Position numbers and translations under genes: made by a program. From assembly GCA_051439505.1 (NCBI GenBank), contig JBFRWI010000131.1:1-19548 (forward strand): a stretch of 19,548 bases of DNA, given 5' to 3'. Positions 7,877 to 16,441 of this stretch are shown piece after piece. The stretch is from Hormoscilla sp. (GTDB lineage: Bacteria; Cyanobacteriota; Cyanobacteriia; Cyanobacteriales; Desertifilaceae). Below the pieces are notes generated by a model, which ran no database searches, was not told the origin of the DNA, and saw nothing but the letters and a program-made list of their open reading frames with translations. Within the stretch, counting starts at the first letter, position 1, and each line of letters begins with the position of its first letter.

Positions 7877-9886
7877 CTATTTACAGATTTGACAAATAGG
7901 AATCTCAATAGAGAACTCAGTACCCCGTCCTGGTTCTGAGGAACATTTTAACTGTCCGCCATGCTTTTCTACCACAATTTGGTAACTGATAGCTAGTCCC
8001 AGTCCCGTCCCCTTCCCCACAGGTTTAGTAGTAAAGAAAGGATTAAACATCCGATCGAGTACCTCTTGAGTCATGCCAGGACCATTGTCAGCAATGCAAA
8101 TAGCCACATGAGAGTCTTTCTCTAGTAACAGCGTGCGAATAGTAATGGTACTAGAAAATACGCGAACTGAAGAGGGCGATCGCATTTCCAGAGCATCGAT
8201 CGCATTCGAGAGAATATTTATAAACACCTGATTCAAATGGCCCGGATAACACTCCACTGGCGGCAAATTGCCGTATTCTTTGATCAGAATTATCCCGGGA
8301 TCTCCATCCGTCTTCTGCAGGCGACTTTGCAAAATCATCAGGGTACTTTCAATCCCTTCATGGATATCCACTGACTTCATCTGCGCCTCATCCATGCGAG
8401 AAAAATTCCGCAATGACAGCACAATCTTTTGGATCCGTTCGGCCCCGAATTTCATCGAAGACAGAGTTTTCGGTAAATCTGCAATCACAAAATCCATGTC
8501 AATCTCTTCCACTAGCTCTTGAATTACTCCTGGCGGATGGGGATATTTATTATTGTATAATTTGAGCAGATTCAGCAAGTCTTGGCTATATTGTTCCACA
8601 TGATTAATATTGCCATATATAAAGCTGACTGGGTTATTAATTTCATGGGCCACCCCCGCCACCAACTGTCCTAAAGAAGACATTTTTTCTGTTTGCACCA
8701 GTTGGGATTGGGTGCGCTGTAGCTGTTCTAATGCTTGTTCTAATTCCATCGCTTTTGCCGACAACTCCAACTGCGATCGCTCTAAGGCCAAGTTGCTTCG
8801 TTCAATCTCAACTCTCCGCCCGATCGCCATCCCCAAGTAAACCACCAGCACGCTAGTCAAGAGTAACCCAATTGCCAGGGTTGCTAAGGTATGCCAGCGA
8901 GTACCAGCAAACGATGATGTCGGCAGAATCACCAGAGACCATGAATGGTTTGCCACCTTAATACTGTAAGTACAATTAGTTAGATCCCGGCAAAGAAAAC
9001 TCCTACCAGGTACTGGCCTTTTTGGCCGCTCTCCCTCGTCTACTAAATCTCCTGTCTGGGAGTCATAAAATATGAGAAAGCGATTATCTTCTTGAGCAGA
9101 TTCATCCCTCAGGTAAAAGTCAAGATGATTCAGGTTCAATCCTTTAATCGAGTCTGAGACCATCTCTGCAAGTTCGTAAACCGTGTAGACAATTCCCACA
9201 AAAGAAGACCGCCGATCGGACAGGGTATCTTTTGGTCCGTCTCTGAGGTAAACTGGTCTGAGCAATACGAAGCCTGGCACCTTAGTCAACAAAACAAACC
9301 GTTCTGTAGCCACCATCTCTCCCGTGTTCCGAGCCTTTTCCACTGCTGCAATCAATGTCTGCTCCGCAACTATATCGTAGCCGAGCAATTCCTGATAATT
9401 CTGTAAGGGCTCTCCATAGGTGATCGGCATATAGCGATCGCGTTCCGAGGCAGTAATAAACTCTCCTTGCTCATTGCGCTCCGTGATGCGTAAATTAGCA
9501 AATCCTTCTGCTTGCATTGCTTGCTCGTAGGCAGAGCGCTGATTACCCAAAACTAGCTTTCCCCAAGCTATGCCCGTGATTCCAGGGTAGCGCTCCAGCC
9601 CATGTTGAGCAAACTGCTTAAAATCTGCCCTGGTCACATTATCTGATGCATCGTAGAACGCCCCCATGGACTCTGTATTTTGCTCGTAATCCTCGATTTT
9701 CTGCTGCAATGTAACAGCTAGGTTTTCTTTTTGTCGATCGAATCTCGCCTTAGTGCTTGCTATCTCCGACTTCCACACCATTGCTGCTGCGGCCACGGAC
9801 AATCCCACACCCACGATCAGGCTTAGACCCACTGGCAGGTAATTACTAGCCTTATCATGAGTTTTAATCACTGAATTTAATATCAT
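7877..9886 (-). CDS. Membrane-bound CHASE-domain sensor histidine kinase
   Basis: TM1 LPVGLSLIVGVGLSVAAAAMVW. CHASE-type sensor region (VTRADFKQF...YMPITYGEP...LLGYDI...AVEKARNTGEMVAT). TM2 LAIGLLLTSVLVVYL. H-box VAHEINNP and HATPase DNGPG / [20 protein letters not shown] at 9886 is preferred over TTG at 9940. Confidence 0.92.
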   Translation of the reverse strand: MILNSVIKTHDKASNYLPVGLSLIVGVGLSVAAAAMVWKSEIASTKARFDRQKENLAVTLQQKIEDYEQNTESMGAFYDASDNVTRADFKQFAQHGLERYPGITGIAWGKLVLGNQRSAYEQAMQAEGFANLRITERNEQGEFITASERDRYMPITYGEPLQNYQELLGYDIVAEQTLIAAVEKARNTGEMVATERFVLLTKVPGFVLLRPVYLRDGPKDTLSDRRSSFVGIVYTVYELAEMVSDSIKGLNLNHLDFYLRDESAQEDNRFLIFYDSQTGDLVDEGERPKRPVPGRSFLCRDLTNCTYSIKVANHSWSLVILPTSSFAGTRWHTLATLAIGLLLTSVLVVYLGMAIGRRVEIERSNLALERSQLELSAKAMELEQALEQLQRTQSQLVQTEKMSSLGQLVAGVAHEINNPVSFIYGNINHVEQYSQDLLNLLKLYNNKYPHPPGVIQELVEEIDMDFVIADLPKTLSSMKFGAERIQKIVLSLRNFSRMDEAQMKSVDIHEGIESTLMILQSRLQKTDGDPGIILIKEYGNLPPVECYPGHLNQVFINILSNAIDALEMRSPSSVRVFSSTITIRTLLLEKDSHVAICIADNGPGMTQEVLDRMFNPFFTTKPVGKGTGLGLAISYQIVVEKHGGQLKCSSEPGRGTEFSIEIPICQICK

Positions 9887-9976
9887 TTTTCTATTAGATT
9901 TCACTTTGGTTAATTGAGATTTTATTTGACGACAACCCAACCTATTTTATTAAGTTCAGTCCCGACTATTTCTCAC

Positions 9977-10006
9977 ATATTATCATCCACCATACTTCCT
10001 TGTCAA
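9977..10006 (-). promoter_or_regulatory. Sigma70-type promoter of the CHASE kinase gene
   Basis: The minus strand reads TTGACA (10006-10001), an 18-nt spacer, then TAATAT (9982-9977) preceded by TGa (extended -10). It lies about 90 nt upstream of the ATG. Confidence 0.55.
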
Positions 10007-10012
10007 CTGTCC

Positions 10013-10160
10013 TAAGCTGTCGCGCATTTAAATTGCATGGATCCAAATTCTGAAACCCTTGCACTTCTTCGATTTTCCCCTTCGCGCAGGACACGCAGCC
10101 CGGTAGCGATAGCGTGCAGCCATATATAGAATTGCTGAATTTTTAATTTTGAATTGCTTA
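10013..10160 (+). mobile_element. Short dispersed element, copy A (TAAGCTGTCGCGC...AATTTTGAATTGCTTA)
   Basis: The first 26 nt match the reverse complement of 16520-16545 at 25/26, and similarity continues for about 65 nt. Both copies end in AATTTTGAATTG(C/T)TTA. Copy A has about 45-50 nt of extra internal sequence. Confidence 0.7.
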
Positions 10161-10161
10161 C

Positions 10162-10725
10162 TTACCCCCTCCGATCGGCTAATTCTGCTTTAGCACCACT
10201 GAAAATATCCAGACAAACCGAACTTTCATCCATAAATTTTATCTGCAATTTATCTCCGGCAACCACAGCATCTTCAACAATGTCTTGAGAATATCTCCAC
10301 CGTTCCCTGCCATCGACCCCGATCGCCACTACCCCAATTTCATGAAAGCACAGAATCAATCCACAATCTTTGACCTGCCAAAAACAAGAAAATAGGTAAT
10401 ATAACTCTATTCTGAAGTCAATTTTCCGCTTTTTAATACTAACTCCAGACAGTTCTCTATTGAATCCCAATAATAGTATATCTGACTCTGGCAGCAATAA
10501 CAGATGAGGTGACAAGCCATAATCTTCTGAACAAATGCCAACGCCAAAATAATGTATTCCCAACCATTGAAAATGGACAAGCGCCGAATAGAACTTCTGT
10601 TCCGAATCAGCATCTTCACCGAGTAATATGCTGCCCAAATCCCATTGTGATAAGCAGCACATCAACTCGCTTTTGCTTTTCCAAGACTTAATTTCTACAA
10701 CTTGTTCGCCAAAGGTAACAAACAT
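10162..10725 (-). CDS. Hypothetical protein (~187-192 aa, beta-rich)
   Basis: Uninterrupted ORF filling the gap directly downstream of ychF on the same strand. Start is ATG 10725 or TTG 10740. No family recognised. Confidence 0.75.
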   Translation of the reverse strand: MFVTFGEQVVEIKSWKSKSELMCCLSQWDLGSILLGEDADSEQKFYSALVHFQWLGIHYFGVGICSEDYGLSPHLLLLPESDILLLGFNRELSGVSIKKRKIDFRIELYYLFSCFWQVKDCGLILCFHEIGVVAIGVDGRERWRYSQDIVEDAVVAGDKLQIKFMDESSVCLDIFSGAKAELADRRG

Positions 10726-10746
10726 TTTTGCCCTTTGCAACTAGAT

Positions 10747-11838
10747 CTACACGTTAAATCGGAACAGCATTACATCACCCTCCTCCACTACATAATCCTT
10801 ACCTTCACTGCGGACTAAACCCTGAGTCTTCGCAGCAGTCATCGAACCCGCCGCCATTAAATTCTCATAAGATATTGTCTCCGCCCGAATAAAACCCCGC
10901 TCAAAATCCGAGTGAATCACCCCAGCAGCTTGCGGCGCTTTCATCCCCGCTATAATAGTCCAAGCCCGGGTTTCCTTAGGACCAGTAGTCAAGTAAGTCC
11001 GCAAGCCCAAAATTTCATAGGTCGCCCGGATCAGGGATTTTAACCCGCCCTCTGCAACTCCTAGAGAAGCGAGAAAATCTGCTCCCTCTTCTGCTGATAA
11101 CTCGATTAATTCTGATTCCACCTGGGCGGAAATTACCACCACTTGGGCATTTTCCGCTGCTGCAATTTCTCGCACTTGTTCCACCCAACTGTTCCCCGTT
11201 GCCAAGTCATCTTCCGATACATTCGTCCCATAGATCACAGCTTTAGCCGTCAGCAACCCCAAAGGCTTGACAGACTCCGCTTCCTCTGCTGTTAACTCCG
11301 CCTGTCGCGCCCCCTTACCCTCATTTAACACCGCCACTAGCTTTTCCAGGGCTGCCAATTCTAACTGGGCCTCCTTGCTTGTACGGGCCTGCTTGCGAGT
11401 GCGTTCCATCCGGCGCTCAACTTGGGCCAGATCCGATAAAGCTAACTCCAAATTGATCACTTCAATGTCTTGGACTGGATCGATCGCCCCAGAAACATGG
11501 ATAATATCATCATTCTCAAAACAGCGCACCACATGGACGATCGCATCGACTTCCCGGATATTGGCTAAAAACTGATTTCCCAGTCCTTCGCCCTTGCTGG
11601 CACCTTTGACCAAACCAGCAATATCGACAAACTCCACCCGAGTGGGTACAATTTGCTCGGACTGGGAGATCTTCGCCAGCACCTGCAACCGCTCATCCGG
11701 CACCGCCACCACCCCCACATTGGGTTCGATGGTGCAGAAGGGGAAATTGGCCGCTTCTGCTTTAGCATTGGCAACCAGGGCATTAAACAAAGTAGATTTG
11801 CCCACATTGGGCAGTCCGACAATTCCGGCTCTTAGCAT
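10747..11838 (-). CDS. ychF: Ribosome-binding ATPase YchF (Obg family)
   Basis: GIVGLPNVGKSTLFNAL, ANFPFCTIEPN, FVDIAGLVKGASKGEGLGNQFL, and a C-terminal TGS domain ending EGKDYVVEEGDVMLFRFNV. Confidence 0.98.
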   Translation of the reverse strand: MLRAGIVGLPNVGKSTLFNALVANAKAEAANFPFCTIEPNVGVVAVPDERLQVLAKISQSEQIVPTRVEFVDIAGLVKGASKGEGLGNQFLANIREVDAIVHVVRCFENDDIIHVSGAIDPVQDIEVINLELALSDLAQVERRMERTRKQARTSKEAQLELAALEKLVAVLNEGKGARQAELTAEEAESVKPLGLLTAKAVIYGTNVSEDDLATGNSWVEQVREIAAAENAQVVVISAQVESELIELSAEEGADFLASLGVAEGGLKSLIRATYEILGLRTYLTTGPKETRAWTIIAGMKAPQAAGVIHSDFERGFIRAETISYENLMAAGSMTAAKTQGLVRSEGKDYVVEEGDVMLFRFNV

Positions 11839-12032
11839 CACACACTTAAGAAATAAAAAATTAGCTGTTGGTAAACTAGGTTTGTAAAGACGGGAAAAAT
11901 CAGTGTCGCAAACGATTTATATTATGGCGCTTGGGAGCGCTCAGCGCTGTCCAATCATCACACCGCAATTTCTATCTCTTGCCGTCTTCTCGTCTGGGTG
12001 ACATCATTTGGCCAGTCATCTACTCCACCAAA

Positions 12033-13550
12033 ATGAAATTTAACAGTCAATCTCAAGCAACAACCCCCATACTCGATGCCCTTACCGCCTGCGCTCAGAA
12101 GCCTCATGCTGCTTTCTACTCCCCCGGACACAAGCGGGGAGTGGGAATTGACCCACAGCTGAGGGATTTGCTCGGAACAGCCGTCTTTCGAGCTGATTTG
12201 CCCGAATTACCCGCTTTGGATAACCTGTTCGCCCCGACTGGGGTAATTCAGCAGGCCCAGCAGTTGGCAGCGGCAGCCTTCGGAGCCGATCGCACTTGGT
12301 TTCTGGTGAATGGTTCCACCTGTGGGGTGATGGCAGCAATTTTTGCCACCTGCACCAACGGCGACCAGATTATCTTGCCTCGGAACGTGCATCAAAGCGC
12401 GATCGCAGGTCTGATTCTGTCGGGTGCGGTCCCCATCTTTATCAATCCAGAATATGACGCCGAGACCGATCTTGTCTACAGTATCACCCCCCGGGCTGTA
12501 ACGACAGCATTAAGGCAGCATCCCGACGCCAAAGCAGTGATGATGGTTTACCCCACATATCAGGGGGTCTGCGGTGACTTGGAAGAGATCGCCCAAATTA
12601 CCCACCAACTTAACATTCCCCTGATCGTAGACGAAGCCCACGGTCCCCACTTTGGCTTTCATCGGGACTTGCCCCCATCAGCCCTGTCCGTTGGTGCCGA
12701 CTTAACGGTACAATCCACTCACAAGGTACTGGGGGCTATGACTCAGGCATCCATGCTGCACCTGGCAGGTAGCCGCATCTCACCAGAACGAGTGAGCAAA
12801 GCTTTGCAACTGGTGCAATCTACCAGTCCCAGTTATTTACTCCTAGCTTCTCTCGATGTGGCCCGCAAACAAATGGCACTGCACGGAGAACAGCTGATAG
12901 CACGCACTTTAAAACTGGCCTCTTTGGCTAGAGACCGCATCAGCCAGATTCGGGGATTGTCGGTCTTGGAACCGGCTGATACCAAAGGTTTCCTGGCCCT
13001 AGACCCCACGCGGCTGACAGTTAACGTGACGGGGTTGGGACTGACTGGCTATGAAGCCGATCAAATTCTCGATCGAGAGTATGGGGTAGTGGCTGAGTTA
13101 CCATCAACCCAACATCTGACCTTTATCATCAGTTTAGGGAACACAGCGGCAGATATTGAGCAGCTGGTGGAAGCTTTCACCAGCCTCAGCCAGCAGAAAC
13201 TCCCCCAGAGTCCTGACCCATCCGGTTCTTCGCATGCTTGGCAAGATGTCTCCACCAGGTGGAAGGAAGAGTTAATGCACGTCCATCCTTCAACTTTCAT
13301 CGTTCATCCTGCATTCTCACCCCGTTCGGCATTCTTTGCCCCAACGGAAACCCTACCTGTAGAACAGACTGACGCACGCATTTGCGCCGAAATTCTCTGT
13401 CCCTACCCACCGGGAATTCCAGCTTTAATGCCTGGTGAAGTCATTAATCTGGCTACTATCGACTACCTGAAACAAGTCCTGGCTTTGGGCGGCAAAATTA
13501 CGGGTTGTAGCGATCCTACCCTCAAAACCTTAAAGGTTGTGCGACATTAA
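12033..13550 (+). CDS. PLP-dependent Orn/Lys/Arg decarboxylase family protein
   Basis: PGHKRG, FLVNGST, PRNVHQS, VDEAHG, PLP-lysine motif QSTHK, STSPSY and C-terminal PYPPGIP. ATG 12033 is preferred over TTG 11931. The substrate cannot be assigned from sequence. Confidence 0.93.
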   Translation: MKFNSQSQATTPILDALTACAQKPHAAFYSPGHKRGVGIDPQLRDLLGTAVFRADLPELPALDNLFAPTGVIQQAQQLAAAAFGADRTWFLVNGSTCGVMAAIFATCTNGDQIILPRNVHQSAIAGLILSGAVPIFINPEYDAETDLVYSITPRAVTTALRQHPDAKAVMMVYPTYQGVCGDLEEIAQITHQLNIPLIVDEAHGPHFGFHRDLPPSALSVGADLTVQSTHKVLGAMTQASMLHLAGSRISPERVSKALQLVQSTSPSYLLLASLDVARKQMALHGEQLIARTLKLASLARDRISQIRGLSVLEPADTKGFLALDPTRLTVNVTGLGLTGYEADQILDREYGVVAELPSTQHLTFIISLGNTAADIEQLVEAFTSLSQQKLPQSPDPSGSSHAWQDVSTRWKEELMHVHPSTFIVHPAFSPRSAFFAPTETLPVEQTDARICAEILCPYPPGIPALMPGEVINLATIDYLKQVLALGGKITGCSDPTLKTLKVVRH

Positions 13551-13620
13551 GAATCGTTAATGGTTGATTGTCGATCGCCCATTGGCCATTCTTCATTCCC
13601 CCATTCGAGATTCCTAACCT

Positions 13621-14217
13621 ATGTCTCTCTGGCCTTATATCACTCCCGGTATCCCTGACAATCTGTTCGAGAGATTGCCCGGCATTCCCCTGAGTAAGCG
13701 GGAATTGCGGTTGCTGCTGCTTTGTGCCCTCCGACTAAAACCCGATTCGGTATTGTGGGATATTGGCGCTGGCACTGGCACGATTTCTGTAGAAACTGGT
13801 CTGCTTTGTCATAAAGGTAAGATTATTGCCATAGAACGCGATGAAGAAGTTGCTGCCCTCATTCGCCGCAACTGCGATCGCTTCGGTGTCCGCAATGTCG
13901 AGGTAATTGCAGGCAACGCCCCAGAATGCTTCGCTGATATCGGCCATACTCCTCAGCGAGTCTGCATCGAGGGCGGGCGCCAGATCAAAGCTATCCTGAA
14001 AGAGGTCTGGCAATACTTGCCGCCCCAGGGCCGCATAGTCACTACTGCTAGAAATCTGGAGATCCTTTATGGGGTTTCCGAGAGCTTTTCCCAGTTACGA
14101 GTCCGCAATATTGAGGTAGTCCAGTCTGCCATTAACCGCTTAGAGACTCGGGGAACCAGTCAAACCTTAGCCGCAGTTAGTCCGATTTTTATCCTCAGTG
14201 GCGACAAGCTCGATTAA
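13621..14217 (+). CDS. cbiT: Precorrin-6Y/cobalt-precorrin-6B C15-methyltransferase (decarboxylating), CbiT subunit
   Basis: PGIPDNLF...PLSKRELR N-terminus, SAM-binding WDIGAGTGTISVE, and the length of a stand-alone CbiT (198 aa). Confidence 0.9.
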   Translation: MSLWPYITPGIPDNLFERLPGIPLSKRELRLLLLCALRLKPDSVLWDIGAGTGTISVETGLLCHKGKIIAIERDEEVAALIRRNCDRFGVRNVEVIAGNAPECFADIGHTPQRVCIEGGRQIKAILKEVWQYLPPQGRIVTTARNLEILYGVSESFSQLRVRNIEVVQSAINRLETRGTSQTLAAVSPIFILSGDKLD

Positions 14218-14306
14218 TTGTCAGTTGTTGGTTGTCAGTTGTCAATAGCTCGGGACCTGGTCCTGTCTGGGAGCATCTGAATAATTATAGCATTGTCTCA
14301 AAAAAA

Positions 14307-14315
14307 TGCTACAAT
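14307..14315 (+). promoter_or_regulatory. Candidate extended -10 promoter upstream of cdsA
   Basis: TGcTACAAT in an AT-rich intergenic segment. Confidence 0.35.
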
Positions 14316-14336
14316 TAGTTGCAGCCTCATTTTATC

Positions 14337-14388
14337 CGTTGGTTTTAACCGACGTTAGCCCGCCGGGTCTTTCAAACGGCGGGCTGAC
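14337..14388. repeat. Two adjacent hairpins in the cbiT-cdsA spacer
   Basis: CGTTGGTT-TT-AACCGACG (14337-14354) and GTTAGCCCGCCG-N11-CGGCGGGCTGAC (14354-14388). Each stem has one G-U pair. Confidence 0.6.
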
Positions 14389-14673
14389 AGCCGAGTACGG
14401 GAATACAGGGTTTGAAGTGTAGCAAAAGTTTGGGTAAATGCGATTGCCACGATCGTGCGGCAGTTGAATTATTACCGATCCCTGTATCCGCCAGAAGTGC
14501 TTTTAGGGATCCCAGGAGACCACAGTTAGCGGAGAGAGTCAGCAAGTTTAGATCGATCGCAAATCACAAAGGACAAGGGAAAAATTCGTTAAAGTGTGGA
14601 AAAGCCCTTCTTTCTTCTTGACCTTCGCATGTCTGCCAACTTCTCTCCCTCTTCTACAACCGCTGCCAATAGA

Positions 14674-15546
14674 GTGCCTTGGTCTCGTATCATCAGTGGC
14701 ATAGTGGCGATCGCCCTAGCTTTGTCGATGACATGGCTGGGGGGATGGTACTTCACGATTGGTTTCGCGATCATCATCTATCTGGGCGAACTGGAATATT
14801 TCCAGCTAGTGCGGGCCACAGGAATAGCCCCGGCAGGTAAAACCACTTTGGCGGTCAGCCTGATCTTGCTAGTCTTCTGTACCTTGTCTTCCACCCTGGC
14901 GGATGCCGTGTTGCCAGTAGCTGGCACGCTAATTTGTTTTTATCTGCTGTTTCAGCCCAAAATGGCAACGATCGCCGATATTGGCTCATCCATTTTGGGC
15001 TTGTTTTATTGCGGTTATTTGCCCAGTTACTGGGTGAGACTGCGGGCCCTGGGTACTGAAGGCCACAGTAACTTACCCCTAGGAGGGTTCTGGCCAGAAA
15101 ACTGGAGTAACTTCCAAGAACTGCCCCAGGGTCTGACTATTACGGTGCTGACCTTTCTGTGCATCTGGACAGCAGATATCGGTGCATACAGTTTTGGCAG
15201 AGTTTTCGGTCGCACCCGCCTGTCCCACATCAGCCCCAAAAAGACCGTAGAAGGGGCTGTATTTGGGGTGGTGGGTAGCGTTGCGATCGCGATGGCTGGT
15301 GCTTGGTATCTGGAGTGGCCCAATTGGGAATTAACGGGGGCTCTATTGGGTCTGATCATTGGTATTGCCAGCCTGCTGGGAGATTTAACCGAGTCAATGA
15401 TGAAGCGAGATGCTGGTGTCAAGGATTCGGGGCAACTAATTCCCGGTCATGGCGGGATTCTCGATCGGGCGGATAGCTACGTATTCACTGCTCCCCTAGT
15501 GTATTATTTCGTGACCCTGCTGCTGCCCTTAATGTCCGGTTTGTAG
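14674..15546 (+). CDS. cdsA: Phosphatidate cytidylyltransferase (CDP-diacylglycerol synthase)
   Basis: Multi-pass membrane protein with DIGAY..GR, ISPKKTVEG and GDLTESMMKRDAGVKDSGQLIPGHGGILDRADS. Start is uncertain: GTG 14674 (MPWSRIISG) is preferred, with ATG 14629 or GTG 14596 possible. Confidence 0.96.
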   Translation: MPWSRIISGIVAIALALSMTWLGGWYFTIGFAIIIYLGELEYFQLVRATGIAPAGKTTLAVSLILLVFCTLSSTLADAVLPVAGTLICFYLLFQPKMATIADIGSSILGLFYCGYLPSYWVRLRALGTEGHSNLPLGGFWPENWSNFQELPQGLTITVLTFLCIWTADIGAYSFGRVFGRTRLSHISPKKTVEGAVFGVVGSVAIAMAGAWYLEWPNWELTGALLGLIIGIASLLGDLTESMMKRDAGVKDSGQLIPGHGGILDRADSYVFTAPLVYYFVTLLLPLMSGL

Positions 15547-15564
15547 TAAGCGCTTTAGCGCTTA
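15543..15564 (+). repeat. GTAG-hairpin (REP-like) motif spanning the stop codons of cdsA and the DUF4058 gene
   Basis: GTAG (15543-15546) followed directly by the perfect stem TAAGCGCT-TT-AGCGCTTA (15547-15564). Confidence 0.65.
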
Positions 15565-16365
15565 GCGAGTTCTCAATCCTTGCCCCCTTAAAACGCCATC
15601 TGCCCAAACAGCATCAGCTTTTGATAATTTTGGTACGGGTTCACAACTGTAATCTATTACCAGATCGTAACTACCTAGATCGTATACAGTATGTAACAAT
15701 TCTTGGAAAGGAATCATTGGTTCGGGCTCTGATGAAGTTTTTAACGGTAAGGGAATGACCGGAATTTCTTCTCGAACATTAAAAGCATATAAATCAGCTT
15801 TGGGGCGAGTGCTACTGCGACTAACTAAAATCCGATAATGGGAGTTAATTTCCTGACTATCTATTGGCATCATTTTCCCTTGGCGCAGTAAATCAACCTC
15901 AATCAAATGGGTTAAGCTGTCCAAAATTTTCTGACGCTTAGTTTCGTAGCTACTACGACCCGGTCCGGCTTTTTTGTTCTTAGGACTGATAATTTCAATC
16001 ACTGTTACCACCGCACCCGTTGCCACATCTCGCACTTCTAAATACCATTCCTTAAATGTTTTCGGTAGAGGCAGGGTAACTTTGACCGGTAAGGAAGGCG
16101 GTGCCGCAACAGCGACATTTGATTCCGGGGAGTAACTAGATGTCGGAGTTGTTTGTACCAAGACATTATCTGGAATACCCACAAGCAGGGAATTGCCATT
16201 GTTGGTGTCATCGGCATAAACTCGTTCTTCAATTTCCATCCGATATTTGGGGCGGAGTTTCTGATTCATGGCATTAGCTATTGCCACAATTAACCGCTTA
16301 TGTATTTGAGGCCAAATTTGGTGATTTTCTAAATAGGGATTCATCCCCGGAAATGGAGAAGGCAT
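15562..16365 (-). CDS. DUF4058 family protein (putative PD-(D/E)XK restriction-endonuclease-like fold)
   Basis: Characteristic N-terminus MPSPFPGMNPYLE, plus IPDN, VIEIISPKNK and HLIEVDLLR. The nuclease fold is inferred from motif similarity to Uma2-like proteins. Confidence 0.88.
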   Translation of the reverse strand: MPSPFPGMNPYLENHQIWPQIHKRLIVAIANAMNQKLRPKYRMEIEERVYADDTNNGNSLLVGIPDNVLVQTTPTSSYSPESNVAVAAPPSLPVKVTLPLPKTFKEWYLEVRDVATGAVVTVIEIISPKNKKAGPGRSSYETKRQKILDSLTHLIEVDLLRQGKMMPIDSQEINSHYRILVSRSSTRPKADLYAFNVREEIPVIPLPLKTSSEPEPMIPFQELLHTVYDLGSYDLVIDYSCEPVPKLSKADAVWADGVLRGQGLRTR

Positions 16366-16411
16366 GGGTTTTGTCTCCTAAAAGATAGTTGATTAACACT
16401 GACCAGTAACC

Positions 16412-16436
16412 AGGACAGGCGAGACGCCTGTCCTAC
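16412..16436 (-). repeat. GTAG-hairpin (REP-like) motif upstream of the DUF4058 gene
   Basis: The minus strand reads GTAGGACAGGCG-TCT-CGCCTGTCCT, with a perfect 10-bp stem AGGACAGGCG/CGCCTGTCCT. Confidence 0.75.
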
Positions 16437-16441
16437 GCAAC

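Noticed and set aside
14218..14595. Cobalamin riboswitch near cbiT
   Set aside because: The structured region lies downstream of cbiT, and I could not find the conserved B12-box core.
14412..14621. 69-aa ORF upstream of cdsA
   Set aside because: TTG start, no clear ribosome-binding site and no recognisable motif; it cannot be supported.
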